Shown here one piece after another: positions 31,112 through 40,937 of a stretch of 64,000 bases of DNA. Source of the DNA: Aquabacterium sp. (GTDB lineage Bacteria; Pseudomonadota; Gammaproteobacteria; Burkholderiales; Burkholderiaceae_C); NCBI RefSeq assembly GCF_041915145.1, contig NZ_JAYSBZ010000003.1, forward strand, positions 5,831 through 69,830, read 5' to 3'. The notes under the pieces are model-generated. The model was not told the origin of the DNA. It worked only from the letters and a program-made list of their open reading frames with translations, and did not search any database. The position numbers were made by a program, and so were the translations under genes. The stretch's first letter is position 1. Each line of letters opens with the position of its first letter.

Positions 31112-32404
31112 ATGATCACGACCCTACTGCTTGATGACTGGAAGAGTTATGCAAGCTCTAGATTGCAGATCGACGCAATAACTGTGGTCATTGGAACCAA
31201 CGCAAGCGGTAAGTCCAATGCTTTAGATGCGTTAGCTTTCCTGAATCGCCTATCGACAGGTGCCCTCTTGAGTTATGCGCTGCAAGGTGACAGCAACCTA
31301 GCACCGTTGCGAGGTGGCGTTGAGTGGGCGGCTCGTAGGCCTGCTAATTCCTTCAGTGTGGGCGTTGTCTGTCAGGCCGATGATCGGCTGACCGAGTTTC
31401 ACTACGTACTTGGCTGCTCGGTACACGATGGTCGATGCGATGTCCTGTCCGAGGAACTTACCAGACGCCGCTTCAAGTTGACCAAGGGTGAGCGGAAAGT
31501 TGAAACCGGTAAGGTGCGTTTGCTCTGGACTGATCCATGCGAGTTGCGCTCGCCCACGATTGTCGTTCGCCTATATAACGGCAAGAGTGGTACGAAGCGG
31601 GATTTGGCGAGAGCGCAGCCGGCGCTATTTCAGTTGTACGGTCAGAAACTTCCTCAGGACACCGATGTGGGCGTCAATGAGGTCATCAGGTCCCTACGAG
31701 ATATCTTCGTTTTGGACCCCATCCCGTCTCATATGAGAACCTACTCTCCGCTCGCAGACAAGCTCGACTCCGACGCGCGCAACATTGCCGGAGTCATCGC
31801 GGCAATGCCTGCATCGCAAAAGGCCGAAATTGAGCGAGTACTGAGCCAGTACGCTGCGAAGCTTCCCGAGCGTGACATCAAGCGGGTCTATGCCGATCCA
31901 GTAGGCAAGTTCGGTTCGGACGCGATGTTGTATTGCGAAGAAGAATGGGGGGGAACCGAGAACCCTCCAACTGTAGATGCGCGAGGAATGTCGGACGGCA
32001 CGTTGCGCTTCCTGGCCATCCTGACGGCACTCCTGACGCGCCCCAAAGGTAGTCTGCTGGTCATTGAGGAGGTGGACAACGGGTTGCACCCATCTCGAGC
32101 GAGCATGCTGCTACAAATGCTCAAGGACGTAGGAGCGACCAGGGAAGTAGACGTTCTCGCAACCACCCACAACCCAGCACTCCTGGACGCTATGGGCAGT
32201 CGCATGGTTCCATTCATCACAGTTGCACACCGCGACCCGACCAACGGGCACAGTGTTCTAACTCCCCTGGAAGACTTGGCAGACCTTCCTCGGTTGCTTG
32301 CGCAAGGGTCGATAGGCCGCCTCTCTAGCCGGGGTTTGATTGAGCGCAGCCTTCAGGAGCAGCTTCCCCTTGAGTTCGCTGATGGCGTGGCAGCTCATGA
32401 GTAA
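31112..32404 (+). CDS. ABC-type AAA ATPase (AAA_15/AAA_21-like, RecF/SMC-head fold), no fused nuclease domain
   Basis: It has Walker A (VIGTNASGKSNALDAL), a signature-like motif (MSDGTLRFLAILTAL), Walker B (LLVIEEVDNGLHP) and an H-loop (LATTHNP). By hand count the first 60 nt are 27/60 G+C, far below neighbouring genes. Confidence 0.85.
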   Translation: MITTLLLDDWKSYASSRLQIDAITVVIGTNASGKSNALDALAFLNRLSTGALLSYALQGDSNLAPLRGGVEWAARRPANSFSVGVVCQADDRLTEFHYVLGCSVHDGRCDVLSEELTRRRFKLTKGERKVETGKVRLLWTDPCELRSPTIVVRLYNGKSGTKRDLARAQPALFQLYGQKLPQDTDVGVNEVIRSLRDIFVLDPIPSHMRTYSPLADKLDSDARNIAGVIAAMPASQKAEIERVLSQYAAKLPERDIKRVYADPVGKFGSDAMLYCEEEWGGTENPPTVDARGMSDGTLRFLAILTALLTRPKGSLLVIEEVDNGLHPSRASMLLQMLKDVGATREVDVLATTHNPALLDAMGSRMVPFITVAHRDPTNGHSVLTPLEDLADLPRLLAQGSIGRLSSRGLIERSLQEQLPLEFADGVAAHE

Positions 32405-32912
32405 ACGTGTTCTGATCATCGACACATCGGTGCTTTGCTGCTGGTTGAAAGTACCTGGCAAGGACACCGCGGGGCCAGATGGGGACACGTGGACCTACGA
32501 GCGAAGCGAACAAGTTCTGAGTCAAGCTATCAAAGACGGGGCTACTCTTGTACTGCCGTTGGCCGCGCTTATCGAGACGGGAAACCACATCGCACAATGC
32601 AACGGTGACCGCTACCTCCTTGCCGGGCAACTTTCCAGACTACTAACTGAATCGGTAAACGGCAGAAATCCTTGGGTGCCGTTCTCCGGGCAGGAAGAAC
32701 TATGGGGCCGTGAAGCGCTTCTAAGGCTCGCCGATTCATGGCCTGCGCTTGCCGCAGGGGGCACCAGCATCGCTGATGCGACGATCAAAGACGTTGCAGA
32801 GTTTTATGCTGAAACAGGGCTCCACGTTGAGATCGTTACTGGCGACCAAGGATTGCGTGCATATACCCCCGCTGCGCCTGTCGTTCGTCCCCGTCGGCGT
32901 GGTGGAATGTAG
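32397..32912 (+). CDS. PIN-like nuclease domain protein
   Basis: ATG 32397 overlaps the ATPase stop (ATGAGTAA). The four acidic PIN positions are plausible: VLIIDTSVL, ALIETGNH, SIADATIKD, IVTGDQGL. The protein is 171 aa from this start; the ORF track's longer version begins at 32340. Confidence 0.7.
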   Translation: MSKRVLIIDTSVLCCWLKVPGKDTAGPDGDTWTYERSEQVLSQAIKDGATLVLPLAALIETGNHIAQCNGDRYLLAGQLSRLLTESVNGRNPWVPFSGQEELWGREALLRLADSWPALAAGGTSIADATIKDVAEFYAETGLHVEIVTGDQGLRAYTPAAPVVRPRRRGGM

Positions 32913-33210
32913 CCATGAGAGTCGACCCCGATGTGCTGAGGCTTCTTGCCCTCTGCTGGCACGAGTGCATGGACGAGACTTCGAACACAACTCATTCATC
33001 AGGCACCAGAAAATGGGCGCCATGACTTAAAGAGTGAAAGGCGGATTGGGGACTTTGGGGCGAAAGAGCAAGCCCCACAACCCCATCCATGAGCACTCCC
33101 GCCCGGATCGCGCAGCCCCTCATGCCTGTTCGTCAACTTCCCCATCCCGTCAGCCCTCGCCGACCAACAGCGACCTGATCAATCACCACAGTGCGTGCTG
33201 CGCAAGAGCG

Positions 33211-34533
33211 ATGCGGTGCCCCACAAGGTCTTGCCCGAGCAACCCGGCAAGGCCCAAGCAGACTCGGCACAATCGAAGCCCGTTTGACTTCGACTCGAAA
33301 GACCCGGCGATAAACCCGCTGCGCGAGGTTTGGGCCCAACGGCCGTTTGTGCGTTTCTGGCTGTCGCGTCTGGCCGGTATCACGGCCAATCAGATGCTGA
33401 TGGTGGCGGTGGGTTGGCACATGTACGACCTCACGTCGAGCGCCTGGGACCTGGGCCTGGTCGGGCTGTTTCAGTTCGTGCCGGCCCTGGTGATGACGCT
33501 GCCCGCCGGGCACGTGGCCGATCGCCACCACCGGGCCCGCATCTTCGCCATCAGCCTGTTTGCCCAGGCCTGCGTGGCCGGGCTGCTGCTGTGGGCCACC
33601 GAGACGGGGCACGCGTCGCGCACCTTGATCCTGGCCCTCTCGGTGGTGCTCGGCTTGGCACGGTCATTCCAGATGCCCGCGCAGCAGGCCTTGACGCCGC
33701 TGCTGGTGCCCAGCCGCTTGCTGCAACAGGCGATTGCGCTGAGCTCCAGCGGCATGGAGATCGCCGTCATCTGCGGCCCGGCCCTGGGCGGCTTGCTCTA
33801 CACCCTGGGCGCCGCGGCGGTGTACCTGACCTGCGCCACCTTGCTGACCGTGGCGGCCGCGCTGGCCTTGACGGTGCGCTATGCCTTCGCGCCCGGCACC
33901 CACTCGCGCTCCTGGCGCGACATCTTTGCCGGACTGCATTTCGTGTGGGAGCGCAAGGTGCTGCTGGGCGCGACCACGCTCGATCTGTTCGCCGTGCTGC
34001 TCGGCGGCGCCACCGCCCTGCTGCCGATCTTTGCTCGCGACATCCTGCACACCGGCCCCGTCGGGCTGGGCCTGCTGCGCGCCGCGCCTGCGGTGGGCGC
34101 CTTGTCGATGTCGCTGGTGCTGACGCGCTGGCCGCTGGAGCGCCGCGTGGGCCCGCGCCTGCTGGCTGCCGTGGCGGTGTTCGGGCTGGCCACGCTGGTG
34201 TTCGGCCTGTCGTCGAGCTTCTGGTTGTCGATGCTGGCCCTGGCCGCCACGGGCGCGGCCGACAACATCAGCGTCGTCACGCGCCTGACGCTCACGCAGC
34301 TCGAAACGCCCGACGACATGCGTGGCCGCGTCGCCGCCGTCAACTCGATCTTCATCGGCGCGTCGAACCAACTCGGCGAGTTCGAATCGGGCTTCACCGC
34401 CGCCCTGTTTGGCGCGGTCGGCTCGGTGGTGCTGGGCGGCGTGGGGTCGATGCTGATCGCCGCGCTGTGGGTCAGGTTGTTCCCGAGCCTGGCTCGACGC
34501 GATCGCATGAGCCACGACGCACCCGCGCCGTAA
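33211..34533 (+). CDS. MFS transporter (MFS_3/EntS-like)
   Basis: It has about 12 hydrophobic segments, with FWLSRLAGITANQMLMVAVGWHMYDLT and PAGHVADRHHRARI motifs typical of this MFS subgroup. The start is uncertain (ATG 33211 chosen; ORF open from 33034). Confidence 0.7.
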   Translation: MRCPTRSCPSNPARPKQTRHNRSPFDFDSKDPAINPLREVWAQRPFVRFWLSRLAGITANQMLMVAVGWHMYDLTSSAWDLGLVGLFQFVPALVMTLPAGHVADRHHRARIFAISLFAQACVAGLLLWATETGHASRTLILALSVVLGLARSFQMPAQQALTPLLVPSRLLQQAIALSSSGMEIAVICGPALGGLLYTLGAAAVYLTCATLLTVAAALALTVRYAFAPGTHSRSWRDIFAGLHFVWERKVLLGATTLDLFAVLLGGATALLPIFARDILHTGPVGLGLLRAAPAVGALSMSLVLTRWPLERRVGPRLLAAVAVFGLATLVFGLSSSFWLSMLALAATGAADNISVVTRLTLTQLETPDDMRGRVAAVNSIFIGASNQLGEFESGFTAALFGAVGSVVLGGVGSMLIAALWVRLFPSLARRDRMSHDAPAP

Positions 34534-35359
34534 CCACCCGCACCAGGCCCGCCCCGGCCGGGTCGGCCAGCGGCTGGCCCTGCAACACGCGGCGCGGGTC
34601 GAGCAGCTCGGCCCGGTCGAACCCTGCCTGATGCAGCGCCGCCGTCGCGGCCGGCGCGGTGTCGAAGTGCCACTGCACGCGGCCCCGCACCACCGCCTGC
34701 AGCACGACGCGAAACGGCCTGATCAGCCAGCTGTGGTCCAACTCGTTGAGGTGCAGGTCTGACAGGTACACCCCGCTCTCGAAGGTCTGCAAGACCTGCG
34801 CGAAGCGGGCCCACAAGTCGAGCACCGCCGGTTTGTTGAGGTACATCAGCAGGCCCTCGGTGATGATGGCCACGCCGATGCGCGGGTCGAGCCGGCTGAC
34901 CACGGCCGACAGCGAGAGCGGGCCCGACGCGGCCGTGGCGTCGAAGGGCAGCACCTCGTGGCCGGCGGCCAGCAGGCCGGCGCCGCGCAACAAGTCGAGC
35001 TTGAGCGCGGCCATGTGCGGCAGGTCGGCTTCGACGTAGCGCAGGCGGTCGCCGTAACGCTGCTTGAAGCGCCAGCCGCGCGGGCTGAGCCCGGACGCCA
35101 CCTCGATCACCTGCCCGACCTCGCCACGCGCGATGGCACGGTCGAGCTCGAGATCGATGGCGCGGTGCCGCGCCAGCAGCAGGCCCTCGACCGATGGCGA
35201 GCCCACGCGACGCGCCAGTGCGTCGATCGGACGCATCAGCGCGACCAGGCGGCGTCCGCGCGGCGTGGCAAAGGCCGGGTGCGACAGCCCGTTGTGAAAC
35301 CACGTGTAGCCGGTGTAGTGCGCGGTCAGGCCGATCTGCGCGCCGTTGTGCTGGGTCAT
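34472..35359 (-). CDS. Class I SAM-dependent methyltransferase-like protein
   Basis: It has a motif I-like VIEVASGLSPRG followed by YVEADLP. The 3' end converges on and overlaps the MFS gene by 62 nt. Confidence 0.55.
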   Translation of the reverse strand: MTQHNGAQIGLTAHYTGYTWFHNGLSHPAFATPRGRRLVALMRPIDALARRVGSPSVEGLLLARHRAIDLELDRAIARGEVGQVIEVASGLSPRGWRFKQRYGDRLRYVEADLPHMAALKLDLLRGAGLLAAGHEVLPFDATAASGPLSLSAVVSRLDPRIGVAIITEGLLMYLNKPAVLDLWARFAQVLQTFESGVYLSDLHLNELDHSWLIRPFRVVLQAVVRGRVQWHFDTAPAATAALHQAGFDRAELLDPRRVLQGQPLADPAGAGLVRVVTARVRRGSCDRVEPGSGTT

Positions 35360-35405
35360 GTGCCTCCTTTGGCCCGCGAGCGCGGCGGGCCGTTGAGCGT
35401 GCGGC

Positions 35406-36689
35406 TCAGCCCGCCAGGGCCTGGTCGAGATCGGCCAGCAGGTCGTCGATGTGCTCGATGCCGATCGACAGGCGCACCGAGTCCTCGCCCACGCCGGCCT
35501 TGGCCAGTTCCTCGGGCGACAGCTGGCGATGGGTGGTCGAGGCCGGGTGCGTGGCCAGCGAGCGCACGTCGCCGATGTTGACCAGGCGAGTGAAGAGCTG
35601 CAGCTTGTCGAGAAAGCGCGCCCCCGCCTCGCGGCCGCCCTTGATGCCGAAGGTGACCAGGCCCGAAGCCTTGCCCTTCAGGTATTTGCGGGCCAGCGCG
35701 TGGTCGGGGTGATCTTCGAGGCCGGCGTAGTTGACCCACGCCACCTGCGGCCGGCTCTTGAGGTGCTGGGCCACCTTGAGCGCGTTGTCGTTGATGCGGT
35801 CCATGCGCAGCGGCAGCGTTTCGATGCCTTGCAGGATCTGGAAGGCGTTGAACGGCGAGATGGCCGCGCCCATGTTGCGCAGCGGCACCACGCGGGCACG
35901 ACCGATGTAGGCGGCCGGGCCGAGCGCCTCGGTGTAGACCACGCCGTGGTAGCTCACGTCGGGCTCGTTGAGGCGCTTGAAGCGCTCTTTGTGCTGCGCC
36001 CACGGGAACTTGCCGCTGTCCACGATGGCGCCGCCCAGCGAGGTGCCGTGGCCGCCGAGGTATTTGGTCAGCGAGTGCACGACGATGTCGGCCCCGTGCT
36101 CGAACGGACGGCACAGGTAGGGCGACGGCACGGTGTTGTCGACGATCAGCGGCACGCCGTGACGATGCGCGATCTCGGCGATCTTGGCGATGTCGGTCAC
36201 GTTGCCGGCCGGGTTGCCCAGCGACTCGACGAACACGGCCTTGGTGCGCGCATCGATCAGCGACTCGAAGCTGTCGGGGTTGCGGTGATCGGCAAAGCGC
36301 GTGGTGATGCCGAACTGCGGCAGCGTGTGCGCAAAGAGGTTGTAGGTGCCGCCGTACAGCGCGGTCGAGGCGACGATGTTGTCGCCTGCCTCGGCGATGG
36401 TCTGGATGGCATACGTCACCGCCACCTGGCCCGAAGCGAGCGCCAGCGCGGCGATGCCGCCTTCGAGCGCCGCGACGCGCTTTTCGAGCACGTCCTGCGT
36501 GGGGTTCATGATGCGGGTGTAGATGTTGCCCGGCACCTTGAGGTCGAACAGATCGGCACCGTGCTGCGCGCTGTCGAAGGCGTAGGCCACCGTCTGGTAG
36601 ATCGGTACCGCGACCGCCTTGGTGGTCGGGTCCGGCTCGTATCCGGCATGCACCGAGAGGGTTTCAAACTTGAACGAAGGGGTCGTCAT
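35406..36689 (-). CDS. metY: O-acetylhomoserine sulfhydrylase (PLP-dependent)
   Basis: It reads [31 protein letters not shown]...[10 protein letters not shown]..., with the PLP-lysine region [11 protein letters not shown]. Confidence 0.92.
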   Translation of the reverse strand: MTTPSFKFETLSVHAGYEPDPTTKAVAVPIYQTVAYAFDSAQHGADLFDLKVPGNIYTRIMNPTQDVLEKRVAALEGGIAALALASGQVAVTYAIQTIAEAGDNIVASTALYGGTYNLFAHTLPQFGITTRFADHRNPDSFESLIDARTKAVFVESLGNPAGNVTDIAKIAEIAHRHGVPLIVDNTVPSPYLCRPFEHGADIVVHSLTKYLGGHGTSLGGAIVDSGKFPWAQHKERFKRLNEPDVSYHGVVYTEALGPAAYIGRARVVPLRNMGAAISPFNAFQILQGIETLPLRMDRINDNALKVAQHLKSRPQVAWVNYAGLEDHPDHALARKYLKGKASGLVTFGIKGGREAGARFLDKLQLFTRLVNIGDVRSLATHPASTTHRQLSPEELAKAGVGEDSVRLSIGIEHIDDLLADLDQALAG

Positions 36690-36901
36690 GACGCGCGCTC
36701 CTGGTGTGGTTTGGTGAGGTTGCGAATGTAAGCCCGGGCTTCAACGCCGACGGCGCGCGGTCATGCGAGCCGCATGAGTGAAATCCCTCATCCGACCTGG
36801 CTCAACCGGTTGGGGCGGGCCGAAAATTGGAATACGCTGCGCACCGGTCTTGGTTCGCCTCCGTTGCCTGTTTTTCAACCGTGCTCGATCTCGCTCATTC
36901 G

Positions 36902-37654
36902 ATGCCTCGCCATCTCGCTTGCCCATCGACAAACCCACAGCGGCGACGCGTCTGGCGCGGCGTCGCGCGGGGTGCGGTCTGGCTCGCGATGGCGGGGCCG
37001 TTGGCGGCCGCCGCCACACCGGCCACCGGGTTGTGCGAAAGCGGACAGCGGCAGTCGCCCATCGACATCACGCTCACCCAGCCCCAGGCGCTGCCGGCCC
37101 TGCAGACGCTCTACCCGCCGCCCGGCCCGCGCTCGCCGCTGCGGGTGGTGAACGACGGCCACACGGTGCGCGTGCGCTTCGCACCGGGCAGCCACCTGCT
37201 GATCGGGCGCGAGGCGCTGACGCTGCAGCAATTTCACTTCCACACGCCGGGCGGCGACCAGCTTCGCGGCGAGTCCTTCCCGATGGCCATGCATTGGCTG
37301 CACAAGCGCGCGTCGGGCCAACTGGTGTCGATGGTCGTGCTGTTTCGGCTGGGCGCCGACAACGCCGCGCTGGCCGAGCTGCTGCCGCATCTGCCGGCGG
37401 CGGGCGAGCCCGAACGGCCGCTCGCGCTCGGCACCGCGTTCGACCCCACCCGCTTGCTGCCCGCCCACCGGGGCTACTACGCGTATGAAGGTTCGCTCAC
37501 CGCGCCGCCCTGCACCGAGGGCGTGCAGTGGCTGGTGCTAAAAGAGCCGCTGAGCCTGTCGGCGACCCAGTTGCAGCGCCTGCACACGCTGTTTGCCGAC
37601 AACGCGCGGCCCGTGCAGCCACTGCATGGCCGGGTGGTGCGCGAGAGCCGCTGA
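36902..37654 (+). CDS. Alpha-class carbonic anhydrase, secreted
   Basis: It has a signal-like N-terminus, QSPIDI, a His triad region (QFHFHTPGGDQL...MAMHWLH) and YYAYEGSLTAPPCTEGVQWLVL. Confidence 0.88.
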   Translation: MPRHLACPSTNPQRRRVWRGVARGAVWLAMAGPLAAAATPATGLCESGQRQSPIDITLTQPQALPALQTLYPPPGPRSPLRVVNDGHTVRVRFAPGSHLLIGREALTLQQFHFHTPGGDQLRGESFPMAMHWLHKRASGQLVSMVVLFRLGADNAALAELLPHLPAAGEPERPLALGTAFDPTRLLPAHRGYYAYEGSLTAPPCTEGVQWLVLKEPLSLSATQLQRLHTLFADNARPVQPLHGRVVRESR

Positions 37655-37766
37655 AGCGCCGCGTCGCATCAACTGAGGCGCCTCTTGCGTCCCGTCAAGG
37701 CTGGCGCGCACCCATTGCGGCATCGTGCGGCCTCGGCCGAAACCCGGCCCATGAGAGGAACAAGAC

Positions 37767-38894
37767 ATGAAGACATTGCACAAGATCGCCTTGGCGGGCC
37801 TGATGACGGGCGCCGCTGCAGCCGCGTTGGCGGCAGGCGGCCCGGCCAAGGAACCCGGCATCGCCGTCGAGGTGACGCCCGAGATGACCGGCGCCGGCCA
37901 GGTGTCGAGCGGCGTGGCGCTGCCTTCGCCGCCCCCGGTAACCGGCAACCGCCAGCGCCCGGTGGCCTCGTGGGGCAAACCGCTGCCCTACCCGATCGTG
38001 ATCGCCGATCGGCGCAACAACCGCCTGATCGAAATCGCGCCCGACAAGCGCATCGTCTGGGAATTCCCGTCGCCCAACCTCACGCTGTATCGCGGCAATG
38101 AAGACGTGAACTTCTCGCAAGACGGCCGCCAGCTGGCCGTGAGCGAAGAAGACAACTACGACGCGCACATCGTCGATTACGAGCAACGCGCCATCACCTA
38201 CACCTACGGCATCCCCAACCGGCGCGGCCGCACGGGCACGCTGCTCAACTTCCCCGACGACGCGCACCTGCTGGCCGACGGCAAGTTCATGGTGGCCGAC
38301 ATCCGCAACTGCCGCATCCTGATCGTCAACCCGAAAGACAGCCACATCGACACGCAATGGGGCCAGCCCGGGCAATGCCGCCACAACCCGCCGCACCAGC
38401 TGGCCTTCCCGAACGGCGCGACGCCCACCGAGAACGGCGACATCATCGTCAGCGAGATCAGCGGCTCGTGGGTGTCGCGCATCACGCGCGCCGGCAAGGT
38501 GCTCTGGAGCATGCCGGCGCCGCACGTGCGCTACCCGTCCGACACCTTTCCCACCGTGGACGGCAAGCAGATGATCGTGGCCGACTTCAACAAGCCGGGG
38601 CGCGTGGTGATCTTCGACCCCGCCACCAAGAAGGCCACGTGGGAATACTTCTTCACCGAGGGCGACAAGATGCTCGATCACCCCTCGATCGCCCGCGAGC
38701 TGCCTGATACCGGCGACGTGCTGATCGTCGATGACCTGCACGACCGCGTGATCGTGGTCGATCGCCAGACGAAGGAGATCATCTGGCAATACGGCGTGCT
38801 GGGCACCAAGGGCCACGCGCCGGGCTACCTCAACTACCCGGACGGCATCGATCTCGACGTGTTCCGCGACTGGAAGGCCGCCTTGAAGAAGTGA
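37767..38894 (+). CDS. Secreted beta-propeller-like protein, unknown function
   Basis: It has a signal peptide (MKTLHKIALAGLMTGAAAAALAA) and repeated ...NNRLIEI.../...RILIVN.../...DRVIVVD... blade-like motifs. Confidence 0.6.
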   Translation: MKTLHKIALAGLMTGAAAAALAAGGPAKEPGIAVEVTPEMTGAGQVSSGVALPSPPPVTGNRQRPVASWGKPLPYPIVIADRRNNRLIEIAPDKRIVWEFPSPNLTLYRGNEDVNFSQDGRQLAVSEEDNYDAHIVDYEQRAITYTYGIPNRRGRTGTLLNFPDDAHLLADGKFMVADIRNCRILIVNPKDSHIDTQWGQPGQCRHNPPHQLAFPNGATPTENGDIIVSEISGSWVSRITRAGKVLWSMPAPHVRYPSDTFPTVDGKQMIVADFNKPGRVVIFDPATKKATWEYFFTEGDKMLDHPSIARELPDTGDVLIVDDLHDRVIVVDRQTKEIIWQYGVLGTKGHAPGYLNYPDGIDLDVFRDWKAALKK

Positions 38895-38909
38895 CGCGCC
38901 CCGCGACGC

Positions 38910-40313
38910 TCAGTGCGGCGGGCGGGCCATGCCCGCAGCGGCCGCCGCGGCGTCGTGGTGCAGCTTCTTGTGGATGCGCTGCGTGGCCCAGGCGATGGCC
39001 AGCAGCACCACCGGGATGAGCGCCCCGGCCAGCACCTCGGGGTTGACGTGCAGGCCCGCCCCCTTGGCCGCCTTGCCGGCGTAGAGGATGAGGCTGACGA
39101 CGTAGTAGGCGATGGCGGCGATCGACAGGCCTTCCACGGTGGACTGCAGACGCAGCTGCAGCTCTTGGCCGCGCGTGAGCTTTTCGAGCAGCATCTGGTT
39201 TTGCGCCTCGGTGGCAATGTCGACCCGCGTGCGCAGCAAGGCGCTGGCGCGCTCGATGCGCTGCGACAGGCTCGTCAAGCGCTGCGCGGTCGCCTGCACC
39301 GTGGCCATGGCCGGTGACAGCCGCCGCTGCAAGAACTCGCCCACCATCTGCGTGCCCGGAATGGCCGCTTCGCTCAGCTGCTCGATGCGCTGCTGCACCA
39401 GCCCGTAGTAAGCCTGCGTGGCCGAGAAGCGGTACATGTGCGTGGCCGTGGCGCGCTCCACCCCGGCGGCCAGCGCGATCAGTTGGCCGAGCAAAGCCTG
39501 GTCCGTTGCTTCGGCGTTTTCGAGGCCCGCCGTGATATCGGCCAGGCCCGACTCGGCGGCGGCCAGCATCGGCCCCAGCTCCTTGGCCACGGGCAGGCCG
39601 CGCAGCGCCATCAGGCGGTAGGTTTCGAGCTCGAGCAGACGCTGCGAGATGCGGCCGGCGCGCGGCTCGGTGGTGCCCGGCGGCGAGATCACCAGCAGGC
39701 GCTCGAAGCCGCTGTCGCGCAGGCGAAAGTCGGTCATCACGCACGAGCGGCGAATGCCCAGCCACGAGGCCAGCGTCACGCGGCCCTCGAACCACGCGTC
39801 GGCCTGACGGCGCATGGCCTCGGGGTCGTCCACCTCGCCGTCCACCATGGCCATCATGATGGCCGCCACGGTGCGCCCCGGCGTCGCCGCCAACCAGGCC
39901 ACGTCCACGGTCAGCTGGCGAATCAGCTCGGCTTCGTCCTGCCCCTGCAAGGCGCCGTCGGGCAAGCCCTGCACGATCGAGTAGCGGGTGAATTCGGTGT
40001 GCCGCTCCCACTTCAGCGTGTGGTCGGCAAAGCGCAGCCGCAAGAAGTTGCCCGACAACTGCGCCAGCGTCAGCCCGCCCTGCCCAGGCAGCTTGCGCAG
40101 GTGCGCCAGCTCGGCCTCGCGCGAGATGCCATCGTTGAGCACGGCCACGTAGACCACCAAAGCCGGCAGCCGAATGCGCGCCGGCGGGCGGGCGTGCACC
40201 TCGTTGTGCAACTCGGCGCGCAGGCGGTCGTCGGCGGGCAACACGGCAAACCGCGTCTCGGCGGGGTCGAGGGAGGGCGCGTCGGAAGGCGGCATAGTCG
40301 AATCGATGGGCAT
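38910..40313 (-). CDS. DUF3422-like membrane-anchored protein
   Basis: It reads RAELHNEVHARPPARIRLPALVVYVAV...KWERHTEFTRYSIV..., with two C-terminal TM helices. I set the start at ATG 40313; the ORF-track extension to 40829 is antisense to the next gene. Confidence 0.7.
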   Translation of the reverse strand: MPIDSTMPPSDAPSLDPAETRFAVLPADDRLRAELHNEVHARPPARIRLPALVVYVAVLNDGISREAELAHLRKLPGQGGLTLAQLSGNFLRLRFADHTLKWERHTEFTRYSIVQGLPDGALQGQDEAELIRQLTVDVAWLAATPGRTVAAIMMAMVDGEVDDPEAMRRQADAWFEGRVTLASWLGIRRSCVMTDFRLRDSGFERLLVISPPGTTEPRAGRISQRLLELETYRLMALRGLPVAKELGPMLAAAESGLADITAGLENAEATDQALLGQLIALAAGVERATATHMYRFSATQAYYGLVQQRIEQLSEAAIPGTQMVGEFLQRRLSPAMATVQATAQRLTSLSQRIERASALLRTRVDIATEAQNQMLLEKLTRGQELQLRLQSTVEGLSIAAIAYYVVSLILYAGKAAKGAGLHVNPEVLAGALIPVVLLAIAWATQRIHKKLHHDAAAAAAGMARPPH

Positions 40314-40442
40314 AGCTCTGAAAACAACCAATATGCGCTCAATCGTACCCACCTCGGCCGCGAGGCGTTCGCACCCTTTGACGGACGAACGATTTATATC
40401 GTATAAATCGTTTACACCCATTTTTTTGAAGGACGCATCTCG

Positions 40443-40919
40443 ATGAACGCAGTTGTCACCCCCGCCCCCAAGGTGGCCGCCAAGAAGGCCGCATCTCAAA
40501 AGGCCAGCCTGCCGGCAGCCAAGGCTCCGGCCACCACCAAGACGGCTCGGGCCCTCGCCAAGCCCGCAGCCAAGCCTGCGGCCAAGCCCGCAACCAGGCC
40601 CGCCCCGCAAGCCGCCGCCAAATCGGCCAAGGCCAGCAAACCGGCAAAGGCAGCCAAGCCAGTCGCCGCTGCGGCTGCAGCGCCCGCCAGCAACGGCAAG
40701 CAGAAGCTGGTGCGCGACAGCTTCACCATGCCCAGTCACGACTTCGGCCTGATCCACACCCTGAAAGAGCGCTCCCTGGGCTTTCGCCGCCCGACCAAGA
40801 AGAGCGAGTTGCTGCGCGCCGGCCTGCACGCGCTGACCGCGCTGGGCGACACCCAGTTGCGCGCCGTGCTCGATGGCCTGACCCCGCTCAAGTCAGGCCG
40901 GCCCAAGAAGGCCAGCTGA
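40443..40919 (+). CDS. Ala/Lys/Pro-repeat (histone H1-like) protein with a structured C-terminal domain
   Basis: The N-terminal roughly 95 aa are AKPAAKPAAKPA-type low complexity. The C-terminus is KLVRDSFTMPSHDFGLIHTLKERSLGFRRPTKKSELLRAGLHAL. Confidence 0.65.
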   Translation: MNAVVTPAPKVAAKKAASQKASLPAAKAPATTKTARALAKPAAKPAAKPATRPAPQAAAKSAKASKPAKAAKPVAAAAAAPASNGKQKLVRDSFTMPSHDFGLIHTLKERSLGFRRPTKKSELLRAGLHALTALGDTQLRAVLDGLTPLKSGRPKKAS

Positions 40920-40937
40920 GCACGCCGAGCACGCCCC

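Noticed and set aside
33034-33210. N-terminal 59-codon extension of the MFS transporter ORF.
   Set aside because: The extension is Pro/Ser/Arg-rich, non-hydrophobic, and falls in the junction with the low-GC islet. The transporter-like sequence begins later. The exact start remains uncertain.
30894-33210. Searched the flanks of the ATPase-PIN islet for direct repeats, a tRNA gene or an integrase that would define it as a discrete mobile element.
   Set aside because: I found only trivial 6-7-nt matches (for example GGATTGG), no tRNA-like sequence and no recombinase ORF. The boundaries are therefore defined only by the GC drop.
38910-40829. The 639-aa version of the DUF3422 ORF, with a Gly/Arg/Leu-rich N-terminal extension.
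   Set aside because: The extra 172 codons are the antisense of the AKP-repeat gene (40443..40919) and its upstream region. The recognisable protein starts at ATG 40313 (MPIDSTMPP...).
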